Shown one piece after another: positions 37,785 to 48,375 of a DNA stretch of 64,000 nt. Source of the DNA: Macrostomum lignano (Eukaryota); NCBI GenBank assembly GCA_002269645.1, contig NIVC01001076.1:62001-126000 (forward strand), read 5' to 3'. A program made the translations under genes and the position numbers. Within the stretch, counting starts at the first letter, position 1, and each line of letters opens with the position of its first letter. The notes below the pieces were generated by a model, which was not told the origin of the DNA, did not search any database, and saw only the letters and a list, made by a program, of their open reading frames with translations.

Positions 37785-40250
37785 CCTGTCTGTCTGTCTG
37801 TCTGATCTGCCTGCCTGTCTGTCTGATCTGCCTGCCTGTCTGTCTGATCTGCCTGTCTGTCTGTCTGATCTGCCTGTCTGGTTTGTCTAATCTGCCTGTC
37901 TAATCTGCCTGTCTGATCTGCCTGCCTGTCTGTCTGTCTGATCTGCCTGTCTGTCTGTCTGATCTGCCTGTCTGTCTGTCTGATCTGCCTGTCTGTCTGT
38001 CTGATATGCCTGCCTGTCTGTCTGTCTGATCTGCCTGCCTGTCTGTCTGTCTGTCTGATCTGCCTGTCTGTCTGTCTGATCTGCCTGTCTGTCTGTCTGA
38101 TCTGCCTGCCTGTCTGTCTGTCTGATCTGCCTGCCTGTCTGTCTGTCTGATCTGCCTGCCTGTCTGTCTGATCTGCCTGTCTGTCTGTCTGATCTGCCTG
38201 CCTGTCTGTCTGTCTGATCTGCCTGTCTGTCTGTCTGATCTGCCTGTCTGTCTGTCTGATCTGCCTGTCTGTCTGTCTGATCTGCCTGTCTAATCTGCCT
38301 GTCTGATCTGTCTGTCTGTCTGTCTGATCTGCCTGTCTGTCTGTCTGATCTGCCTGCCTGTCTGTCTGTCTGATCTGCCTGTCTGTCTGTCTGATCTGCC
38401 TGTCTGTCTGTCTGATCTGCCTGCCTGTCTGTCTGTCTGATCTGCCTGCCTGTCTGTCTGTCTGATCTGCCTGCCTGTCTGTCTGTCTGATCTGCCTGCC
38501 TGTCTGTCTGTCTGATCTGCCTGTCTGTCTGTCTGATCTGCCTGCCTGTCTGTCTGTCTGATCTGCCTGTCTGTCTGTCTGATCTGCCTGTCTGTCTGTC
38601 TGATCTGCCTGCCTGTCTGTCTGATCTGCCTGTCTGTCTGTCTGATCTGCCTGTCTAATCTGCCTGTCTGATCTGCCTGCCTGTCTGTCTGATCTGCCTG
38701 TCTGTCTGTCTGATCTGCCTGTCTGTCTGTCTGATCTGCCTGTCTAATCTGCCTGTCTGATCTGCCTGTCTGATCTGCCTGTCTGATCTGCCTGTCTGTC
38801 TGTCTGATCTGCCTGTCTGGTTTGTCTAATCTGCCTGTCTAATCTGCCTGTCTGATCTGCCTGCCTGTCTGTCTGTCTGATCTGCCTGTCTGTCTGTCTG
38901 ATCTGCCTGTCTGTCTGTCTGATCTGCCTGCCTGTCTGTCTGATCTGCCTGTCTGTCTGTCTGATCTGCCTGTCTAATCTGCCTGTCTGATCTGTCTGTC
39001 TGTCTGATCTGCCTGCCTGTCTGTCTGATCTGCCTGTCTGTCTGTCTGATCTGCCTGTCTGGTTTGTCTAATCTGCCTGTCTAATCTGCCTGTCTGATCT
39101 GCCTGCCTGTCTGTCTGTCTGATCTGCCTGTCTGTCTGTCTGATCTGCCTGTCTGTCTGTCTGATCTGCCTGTCTGTCTGTCTGATATGCCTGCCTGTCT
39201 GTCTGTCTGATCTGCCTGCCTGTCTGTCTGTCTGTCTGATCTGCCTGTCTGTCTGTCTGATCTGCCTGTCTGTCTGTCTGATCTGCCTGCCTGTCTGTCT
39301 GTCTGATCTGCCTGCCTGTCTGTCTGATCTGCCTGTCTGTCTGTCTGATCTGCCTGCCTGTCTGTCTGTCTGATCTGCCTGTCTGTCTGTCTGATCTGCC
39401 TGTCTGTCTGTCTGATCTGCCTGCCTGTCTGTCTGATCTGCCTGCCTGTCTGTCTGTCTGATCTGCCTGCCTGTCTGTCTGTCTGATCTGCCTGTCTGTC
39501 TGTCTGATCTGCCTGTCTGTCTGTCTGATCTGCCTGCCTGTCTGTCTGTCTGATCTGCCTGTCTGTCTGTCTGATCTGCCTGTCTGTCTGTCTGATCTGC
39601 CTGCCTGTCTGTCTGTCTGATCTGCCTGCCTGTCTGTCTGTCTGATCTGCCTGCCTGTCTGTCTGTCTGATCTGCCTGCCTGTCTGTCTGTCTGATCTGC
39701 CTGTCTGTCTGTCTGATCTGCCTGCCTGTCTGTCTGTCTGATCTGCCTGTCTGTCTGTCTGATCTGCCTGTCTGTCTGTCTGATCTGCCTGCCTGTCTGT
39801 CTGATCTGCCTGTCTGTCTGTCTGATCTGCCTGTCTAATCTGCCTGTCTGATCTGCCTGCCTGTCTGTCTGATCTGCCTGTCTGTCTGTCTGATCTGCCT
39901 GTCTGTCTGTCTGATCTGCCTGTCTAATCTGCCTGTCTGATCTGCCTGTCTGATCTGCCTGTCTGATCTGCCTGTCTGTCTGTCTGATCTGCCTGTCTGG
40001 TTTGTCTAATCTGCCTGTCTAATCTGCCTGTCTGATCTGCCTGCCTGTCTGTCTGTCTGATCTGCCTGTCTGTCTGTCTGATCTGCCTGTCTGTCTGTCT
40101 GATCTGCCTGCCTGTCTGTCTGATCTGCCTGTCTGTCTGTCTGATCTGCCTGTCTAATCTGCCTGTCTGATCTGTCTGTCTGTCTGATCTGCTTGTCTGT
40201 CTGTCTGATCTGCCTGTCTGATCTGCCTGCGTCTGTCTGATCTGCCTGCC

Positions 40251-40335
<85 letters not shown>

Positions 40336-40461
40336 GATCTGCCTCTGTCTGTCTGTCTGCCTGTCTAATCTGCCTGTCTGATCTGCCTGTCTGTCTGATC
40401 TGCTTGTCTGTCTGTCTGATCTGCCTGTCTGATCTGCCTGCGTCTGTCTGATCTGCCTGCC

Positions 40462-40526
<65 letters not shown>

Positions 40527-40580
40527 GATCTGCCTCTGTCTGTCTGTCTGCCTGTCTGATCTGCCTGTCTGATCTGTCTG
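37785..40580 (+). repeat. ~2.8-kb complex (TCTG/GATC/TGCC) satellite filling nuclear receptor intron 6
   Basis: Units such as GATCTGCCTGTCTGTCTGTCT with block duplications. Confidence 0.97.
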
Positions 40581-40645
40581 TCCCATTATTTTGAATCCTA
40601 GTTTAGGTCCCATACTAAGCACCTATCATTAAAATAAAAGCCTAC

Positions 40646-40843
40646 CTTGCACTCTCAGCTCCAAGTTAAGCCGGGAATCCAACTTGACTTTAGCGGGATC
40701 GCAGCCTCTTCTCGTCATCTCAGCCGATCGGAGGTGGATCCAAAACAGTCCGATCACAGCGGAGTGAACGCTTACAACAGCATTGGCGTCATCAAACTGT
40801 GTCTCTGACGAACTGCTAAATGCATCATTTTTCGAGTCCAAAA
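40646..40843 (-). CDS. Nuclear receptor exon 6 (LBD)
   Basis: Acceptor TTTAATTTCAG|TT and donor G|GTAGGC, phases 1/1; reads FLDSKNDAF...VHSAVIGLFWIHLRS...LELRVQ. Confidence 0.7.
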
Positions 40844-40894
40844 CTGAAATTAAATACGTAACAAGAATTAATTAAACTGGTTTTTTATCTTGGG

Positions 40895-41460
40895 ATATTC
40901 TGATATCCAGAACCCCATTTGGGATATTTTGATATCTAGATCCCCATTTGGGATATTATGGTATTTAGATCCCCATTTGGGATATTCTGATATCTAGATC
41001 CACATTTGGGATATTATGGTATTTAGATCCCCGTTTTGAGATATTCTGATATCTAGATCCCCATTTGGGATATTATGGTATTTAGATCCCCATTTGGGAT
41101 ATTCTGATATCTAGATCCACATTTGGGATATTATGGTATTTAGATCCCCGTTTTGAGATATTCTGATATCTAGATTCCCACTTGGGGATATTATGGTATT
41201 TAGATCCCCATTTTGAGATATTTTGATATCTAGATCCCCACTTGGGGATATTATGGTATTTAGATCCCCATTTTGAGATATTCTGATATCTAGATCCCGT
41301 TTTGGGATATTCTGGTATTTAGATCCCCATTTTGGGATATTCTGACATCTAGATCCTCATTTTAGGATATTCTGGTATTTAGATCCCCATTTTGGGATAT
41401 TCTGATATCTAGATCTTCATTTTAGGATATTCTGGTATTTAGATCCCCATTTTGAGACAT
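40895..41460 (+). repeat. ~30-bp minisatellite (GATATTCTGATATCTAGATCCCCATTTGG) in intron 5
   Basis: Alternating variants form ~60-bp dimers. Confidence 0.92.
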
Positions 41461-41562
41461 TCAGATTTCCGAATCCCTATCGAGACATCGTGAAGTATCG
41501 ATCTGAATTTTGGGGACATTCACAGAATAGATTCACAGCAGTACAATTAGCAAGCCACTAAC

Positions 41563-41702
41563 ATGGCGAAGTGAGACAGATGGCCGACAGAAAGGCCAAC
41601 TCTTGCTCCGTGACGCCGTGCGAATCCCAAACAGTTGAGACGTCGAAGAATTTAAGAAACAGCTGCGACAACATGGGATGGTTGGCAGTCGCGAGGAACT
41701 CT
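41563..41702 (-). CDS. Nuclear receptor exon 5 (LBD helices 7-8)
   Basis: Acceptor CATTCGCAG|A and donor T|GTTAGT; reads EFLATANHPMLSQLFLKFFDVS...VTEQELAFLSAICLTSP (ExALLxAI signature). Confidence 0.78.
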
Positions 41703-41774
41703 CTGCGAATGGCGGAGGGGCAGATTGGTTATGTACAGGATTTGAAATCTGGGGCGAGCGTCTGCAGCTGTCTG

Positions 41775-42761
41775 CTTTAGTGTCTGTCTCGCTTAGTGTC
41801 TTTGTAGCCTTAGTATCTTTGTAGCCTTACTGTCTTTGTAGCTTTAGTGTCTTTGTAGCCTTAGTGTCTTTGTAGCCTTAGTGTCTTTGTAGCCTTAGTA
41901 TGTTTGTAGCCTTAGTGCCTTTGTAGCCTTAGTGTCTTTGTAGCCTTAGTATCTTTGTAGCCTTATTGTCTTTGTAGCCTTAGTGTCTTTGTAGCCTTAG
42001 TATGTTTGTAGCCTTAGTGCCTTTGTAGCCTTAGTGTCTTTGTAGCCTTAGTATCTTTGTAGCCTTAGTGTCTTTGTAGCCTTAGTGTCTTTGTAGCCTT
42101 ATTGTCTTTTTAGCTTTTGTGTCTTTGTAGCCTTAGTGTCTTTGTAGCCTTAGTGTCTTTGTAGCCTTAGTGTCTTTGTAGCCTTAGTGTCTTTGTAGCC
42201 TTAGTATCTTTGTAGCCTTATTGTCTTTGTAGCCTTAGTGTCTTTGTAGCCTTAGTATGTTTGTAGCCTTAGTGCCTTTGTAGCCTTAGTGTCTTTGTAG
42301 CCTTAGTATCTTTGTAGCCTTATTGTCTTTGTAGCCTTAGTGTCTTTGTAGCCTTATTGTCTTTTTAGCTTTTGTGTCTTTGTAGCCTTAGTCTCTTTGT
42401 AGCCTTAGTGTCTTTGTAGCTTTAGTGTCTTTGTAGCCTTAGTGTCTTTGTAGCCTTATTGTCTTTTTAGCTTTTGTGTCTTTGTAGCCTTAGTGTCTTT
42501 GTAGCCTTAGTATCTTTGTAGCCTTATTGTCTTTGTAGCCTTAGTGTCTTTGTAGCCTTAGTGTCTTTGTAGCCTTAGTGTCTTTGTAGCTTTTGTGTCT
42601 TTGTAGCCTTAGTGTCTTTGTAGCCTTAGTGTTTTTGTAGCCTTATCTTTGTAGCCTTACTGTCTTTGTAGCCTCAGTGTCTTTGTAGCCTTAGTGTCTT
42701 TGTAGCCTTAGTGTCTTTGTAGTCTTTGTAGCCTTAGCGTCCTAGTCTGCTTCTGTCTGTC

Positions 42762-42811
<50 letters not shown>

Positions 42812-42855
42812 GTGTCTGTCTGTCTGTCTGTCTGTGTGTCTGTCTGTCTGTCTTA
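41775..42855 (+). repeat. 17-bp minisatellite (TAGTGTCTTTGTAGCCT) followed by (TCTG)n, intron 4
   Basis: Direct inspection. Confidence 0.95.
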
Positions 42856-42959
42856 GCATTAGTGCTCCTGCATGCTCTTAGTGTTATACTAATATCTACA
42901 TGCCTTCAGTACCTAACTATCTGTCTACCCCAGCCTTAAACAGTGGAACAAGTACAAAC

Positions 42960-43291
42960 TTAGTCAAACGATAGTGCAGCGCAGGATCGATAATGTAGCC
43001 TTCGCCAGACTGGATCAAGGCGTCGCAGAAGCGCATAGCAATGACCTTGAAGCAGTGGTGCACAATCAGGCGCCGCTTATCAGAGTCAAGTAGAACATCG
43101 GAGCAGCGAGATGCCAGCACCCGGTTGTGGTCGCTGTCGTTGAGTTGCTGCTGATCTGAATGACCGTGAGCGGCGGCGCTGCTGCCTAGAATGTTCCTGG
43201 CGAAGGCCACTATACGGAGCATCAGCTGGGGTATGCAGCCCACCAGGTGATTCAGCACGGCGGCTTCTTCACCGATAGCCGGTTCGCGTAA
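42960..43291 (-). CDS. Nuclear receptor exon 4 (LBD helices 3-5)
   Basis: Acceptor TTCCAG|TTA; reads LMLRIVAFARNILG...LLDSDKRRLIVHHCFKVIAMRF. The phase-2 donor AA|GTTTGT joins exon 5 as RLTKEFL. Confidence 0.75.
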
Positions 43292-43450
43292 CTGGAATCA
43301 AGTGCAGCAATTCATGAGTGTACTTTTTCAAGCTTTGGTCAGGGCTGAAATTATAAAATACTTAATAAGTATGATCACGAAGGCGCTTCACAGAGTGAGC
43401 AGGAGCATGCTTTACGGCTTACAGAGTGCCCATACAGAAAGTCACACGAG

Positions 43451-44160
43451 GAGAGTGGCATTCCTGAGTGAACGCATAGTGTGACAATTGGAGAGTGACA
43501 TTCCTGAGTGAACACATAGTGTGACAATTGGAGAGTGGCATTCCTGAGTGAACGCATAGTGTGACAATTGGAGAGTGGCATTCCTCAGTGAACGCATAGT
43601 GTGACAATTGGAGAGTGGCATTCCTGAGTGAACGCATAGTGTGACAATTGGAGAGTGGCATTCCTGAGTGAACGCATAGTGTGACAATTGGAGAGTGGCA
43701 TTCCTGAGTGAACGCATAGTGTGACAATTGGAGAGTGGCATTCCTGAGTGAACGCAGTGTGACAATTGGAGAGTGGCATTCATGAGTGAACGCATAGTGT
43801 GACAATTGGAGAGTGGCATTCCTGAGTGAACGCATAGTGTGACAATTGGAGAGTGGCATTCCTGAGTGAACGCAGTGTGACAATTGGAGAGTGGCATTCC
43901 TGAGTGAACGCATAGTGTGACAATTGGAGAGTGACATTCCTGAGTGAACGCATAGTGTGACAATTGGAGAGTGACATTCCTGAGTGAACGCATAGTGTGA
44001 CAATTGGAGAGTGACATTCCTGAGTGAACGCATAGTGTGACAATTGGAGAGTGGCATTCCTGAGTGAACGCATAGTGTGACAATTGGAGTGAAATTCCTG
44101 AGTGAACGCATAGTGTGACAATTGGAGAGTGGCATTCCTGAGTGAACGGATAGTGTGACA
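43451..44160 (+). repeat. 40-bp minisatellite (GAGAGTGGCATTCCTGAGTGAACGCATAGTGTGACAATTG), ~17 copies, intron 3
   Basis: Homogeneous tandem units; they explain several spurious ORFs. Confidence 0.95.
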
Positions 44161-44339
44161 CTTTAAGAGTTCCATTCCGTACTAGTACATATTCTTAATT
44201 TTAAAGTGAAATAGTCACATAAACCTTTTTAAGAGCCAATTTGAAATAGATATCTACCGTAGAATAACATCAAGTCCGATAGTCTAAAGTTAATTACAGT
44301 GACATTAAAAATATATACAAATCAAACAACCTAATCTAC

Positions 44340-44915
44340 CATCCAAATCGACCACCCAGATAAACCGGCCATCCAGATAAACCGGCCATCCAGATAAACC
44401 GGCCATCCAGATAAACCGGCCATCCAGATAAACCGGCCATCCAGATAAACCGGCCATCCAGATAAATCGGCCACCCAGATAAACCGGCCAAAATCGACAA
44501 TCCAGATAAACCGGCCAAAATCGACAATCCAGATAAACCGGCCAAAATCGACAATCCAGATAAACCGGCCAAAATCGACAATCCAGATAAACCGGCCATC
44601 CAAATAGACCATCCAGATAAACCGGCCATCCAAATAGACCACCCAGATAAACCGGCCATCCAAATAGACCACCCAGATAAACCGGCCATCCAAATAGACC
44701 ACCCAGATAAACCGGCCATCCAAATAGACCATCCAGATAAACCGGCCATCCAGATAAACCGGCCACCCAGATAAACCGGCCAAAATCGACAATCCAGATA
44801 AACCGGCCATCCAAATAGACCATCCAGATAAACCGGCCATCCAAATAGACCATCCAGATAAACCGGCCATCCAAATAGACCATCCAGATAAACCGGCCAT
44901 CCAAATCGACCATCC
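44340..44915 (+). repeat. 17-bp minisatellite (CCATCCAGATAAACCGG) with 27/30-bp variants, intron 3
   Basis: Direct inspection. Confidence 0.93.
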
Positions 44916-44978
44916 TTCATGCCGGACAGAAATCGTAGAGAAAAACCCTAGGTTAGACCCCCATAGCAACACACTCAC

Positions 44979-45560
44979 CATAGGCAAGCGCTCAGCCCTG
45001 AACTTAGACATCCGGTCCTGACAGAAGTAGGCGGTGCGCCGATGCCCCTCGAGAATGAGCTCCGTGCTCTCGGCAATGGCCCGGCCGCAGACAGGGTTCT
45101 GGCTGAACTGATCGTTTAAATCGGCCTCCCAGTACTGCACAAATTTGTCAACCGCGCACAGGATTAACTTGGCCGAATCGCCGGACACGTCCGGACGATC
45201 GCAGAGTGAGCAAAGCCACGCGGCCGAGCGACTGTCGGTGTCGCCAGTCAGGCGGTGGCACAGGCGGACAAGCGACTGGCCCGATAGCAGCGGCTGACAG
45301 CCGGTTAGCCAGGCTTCGCTAAGCTGACCGTCCGGCGGCGGCGGGGGAGGAGGCGGGTGAGGCGGCGGAGTCGGGGAGCTCCGACTGCTGCTGCCGCAGC
45401 GACCGGAGCTCGATGCCCAGGGTGACTGGGCGCCGACGACTGCGACCGACGGAGTGACCGGGACGGATTGTGCGGATGGCGGAAACGATGCCGACGGCGG
45501 TGGCGGCGGCGGCGGTGAGGTGGCGACGGGACTCGATAGAAGTCGGGGCAAGGAGCTGGT
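44979..45560 (-). CDS. Nuclear receptor exon 3 (Pro/Ser-rich hinge, start of LBD)
   Basis: Acceptor CTCTGCAG|ACC and canonical donor ATG|GTGAGT; 582 nt, phase 0/0. Confidence 0.75.
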
Positions 45561-45629
45561 CTGCAGAGTTTAATAGGACAGGATGTACTTCAAATACTAC
45601 TTTTTTCCCTGATTTTTAGTGTGAATGTC

Positions 45630-46125
45630 AGCGACCTTTGACTGGCACAGTTTGACTGTCAGTGACTTTTTGACTGGCTCAATTTGACTGTCAGTGACTT
45701 TTTGACTGGCACAATTTGACTTTCAGTGACTTTTGACTGGCACAGTTTGACTGTCAGTGACTTTTGACTGGCACAGTTTGACTGTCAGTGACTTTTGACT
45801 GGCACAGTTTGACTGTCAGTGACTTTTGACTGTCAGTGACTTTTGACTGGCACAGTTTGACTGTCAGTGACTTTTGACTGTCAGTGACCTTTTGACTGGC
45901 ACAATTTGACTGTCCGCGACTTTTTTTGACTGTCAGTGACCTTTTGACTGGCACAATTTGACTGTCAGTGACCTTTTGACTGGCACAGTTTGACTGTCAG
46001 TGACCTTTTGACTGGCACAATTTGACTGTCAGTGACCTTTTGACTGGCACAATTTGACTGTCAGTGACCTTTTGACTGGCACAGTTTGACTGCCAGTGAC
46101 CTTTTGACTGGCACAATTTGAATGA
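45630..46125 (+). repeat. ~31-bp minisatellite (TGACTGTCAGTGACCTTTTGACTGGCACAGTT), intron 2
   Basis: Units contain the palindrome TGACTGTCA. Confidence 0.92.
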
Positions 46126-46282
46126 CTTCTGAGAACGAGAAGAGCGGGAAACTGGGCTCTAGTTCAGCCCCTCTTTTTTATTTATTTAGATGGTTTTCAG
46201 TGGGCTCTGGGCACTGCCGCAAACCAAAGCTTCAACCTCTGAGGCCCCCAACCCCGCCGTGTTAAGAAAACTATCCACGCAC

Positions 46283-46684
46283 CCGAGCACAGGAGGTGAC
46301 AGGCGATTTGTCGCTATTTAGCGAGGCCTGTCGTCTAAAACAGGTGCGACGACAGACTTGGTTTTCAAATTCCCGCCGTTTCAGCTCGATGAAGCGCAGC
46401 AGTTGCTGATCACTGATTGTCTCAGCGTCTACAGAGCTCGGCGAAGGCGGCTGCTGGGTTCGACGCTTTGCGCCGCCGACTCCGCGACCGCCGTTGCCGT
46501 TGTCGGCGTCGAGTCTGGCCCGACGGCCGAGTTTCGAACGCTGCCGGCCCATGTTAACGGCGCAGCACTTTTTCAAACGGCACCATTGGCAGGCGTTGCG
46601 AGTCTGCGGCGTTATCGCCAGCGGGCTGGCGTGGGAGCAGGCGCCGGCCGGGTTGCGGGACGACACGATACGGCGGAAAAAGCC
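46283..46684 (-). CDS. Nuclear receptor exon 2 (second zinc finger and T-box); donor at 46283 or 46358
   Basis: Acceptor TTTTCCAAG|GGC; reads GFFRRIVSSRNPAGACSHASPLAITPQTRNACQWCRLKKCCAVNMGRQRSKLGRR. Both candidate donors (GTGCGT, GTCTGT) are phase 0. Confidence 0.88.
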
Positions 46685-46737
46685 CTTGGAAAATGGGAGA
46701 GAGCGAAACTTTTAGATCATCCGCCTGCCTTAATCAG

Positions 46738-47330
46738 GTAGATCTATCTACCTGCCATATAAGTTGTCAATTGGGTGCCCACTGTACTGCTGAGATAGAT
46801 CTATCTGCTGCTCACTGTGCTACTAGAATAGATCTATCTGCTGCTCACTGTGCTACTAGAATAGATCTATCTGCTGCTCACTGTGCTACTAGAATAGATC
46901 TATCTGCTGCTCACTGTGCTACTAGAATAGATCTATCTGTTGCTCACTGTGCTACTAGAATAGATCTATCTGCTGCTCACTGTGCTACTAGAATAGATCT
47001 ATCTGCTGCTCACTGTGCTACTAGGATAGATCTATCTGCTGCTCACTGTGCTACTAGAATAGATCTATCTGCTGCTCACTGTGCTACTAGGATAGATCTA
47101 TCTGCTGCTCATTGTGCTACTAGGATAGATCTATCTGCTTCCCATTGTGCTACCAAGGTAGTTCTATCTGCCATTAACAGCTACTAGGATAGATCTATCT
47201 GCCATTCAATAGGTACTAGAATATATCTATCTGCCATTCAGCAGCTACTAGGATAGATCTATCTGCCATTCAACAACTACTATGATAGATCTATCTGCCA
47301 TTCAACAACTATTATGGTAGATCTATCTGC
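46738..47330 (+). repeat. 33-bp minisatellite (GATCTATCTGCTGCTCACTGTGCTACTAGAATA), intron 1
   Basis: Fills nearly the whole intron. Confidence 0.93.
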
Positions 47331-47335
47331 CGCAC

Positions 47336-47587
47336 CTTGCAGCCTTCGCAAGTGGGCACACCGTAGTGCACACCGCTGGCTACATCCTGGCAAACAGCGC
47401 ATGAAGAACCGCGCGGACTGTTGGACAAGCCTGAAGCCGAACCGGAAGCTGAATTCGACACCGCAGAAACAGACGACTTGCCCGACATAGATGTCGACAA
47501 GTCCAGCGACTTTCGAGCCGGAAGCAGCAGCCGGGACTGCGGCTGAGTAGCTTGAGCTTGAGCTTGAGTCGAGTCTGCGCTTGCCAT
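47336..47587 (-). CDS. Nuclear receptor (NR1-type, P-box CEGCKG) exon 1: A/B region and first zinc finger
   Basis: ATG at 47587 with an upstream in-frame stop; reads CAVCQDVASGVHYGVPTCEGCK|; donor AAG|GTGCGG. The seven exons join in frame to ~700-720 aa. Confidence 0.9.
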
Positions 47588-48219
47588 TTTTGGCCTAGGT
47601 CACGCACGCGATCTTGAATGACACTAGTTCTGGCTGCAAATGCACAGGGCAAATGCTCAAATAAATCAGTACAACAACAGGTTACAAGTAAGAAAACAAG
47701 CCTAAAACTTCAAGCCTTTTTTGTCACACTTTTTGTTCAGGCATCAACTTTAACTACAGGTGTTTCATATTTAGCATCAATTATTCTATAACTATTTAGA
47801 TTCGTGCAACTTTAGGATTTTTATATCAAACTGTCAAAGTTAAATAAGCTATAAACATGGAGCCTGCAGACTTTTACACAAATTCTGTGGGTCAAAGGCT
47901 TAGCAATATAAATGATATGGTATACAGTGTTTGGTGTTTTATTTTACATTGAATTCTTTTGACTGATTCTGGATTTGGACCCACAATACCAAATGGCAAC
48001 CCACTATAATTCTATTGCTTAGAAAACTCTATCTCAATTATATAGATAATAGTTAACTTTATATCAATTGAAAATTGGCCACTTACTCAACAAGCCCTAC
48101 ATCATAGCATAGCATATATACATAACACTTAGCCAATCTAGTGAATCTAGCCAAATGATAAAATGGCCAAAGCAGGTAATGATATTTTTCAAAACTGATC
48201 AACCAAGCACCATGCTTGG

Positions 48220-48375
48220 GCGCAAACTAGGGATTCACCCGGCCATTTCTATTGGCAACACACACATGTAAGTCGCTATTGGATGGAATAGTAGTCACAG
48301 GACTGCTCTCAGCCAATAGCAACTTACATGTATGTGTTGCCATTAGAAATGGCCGGGTGATTCCCAAGGTTGCGC
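48220..48375. repeat. ~155-bp hairpin or inverted repeat (probable MITE)
   Basis: 53-bp arms (GGGATTCACCCGGCCATTTCTATTGGCAACAC...) with about 4 mismatches and a ~30-nt loop. Confidence 0.8.

Noticed and set aside
43451-44160. 40-bp repeat resembling a CRISPR or regulatory array
   Set aside because: No spacers; it is an intronic minisatellite.
44331-44978. Trp/Tyr-rich repetitive C-terminal half of the 406-aa ORF
   Set aside because: It lies beyond the canonical donor ATG|GTGAGT and is translated intronic satellite.
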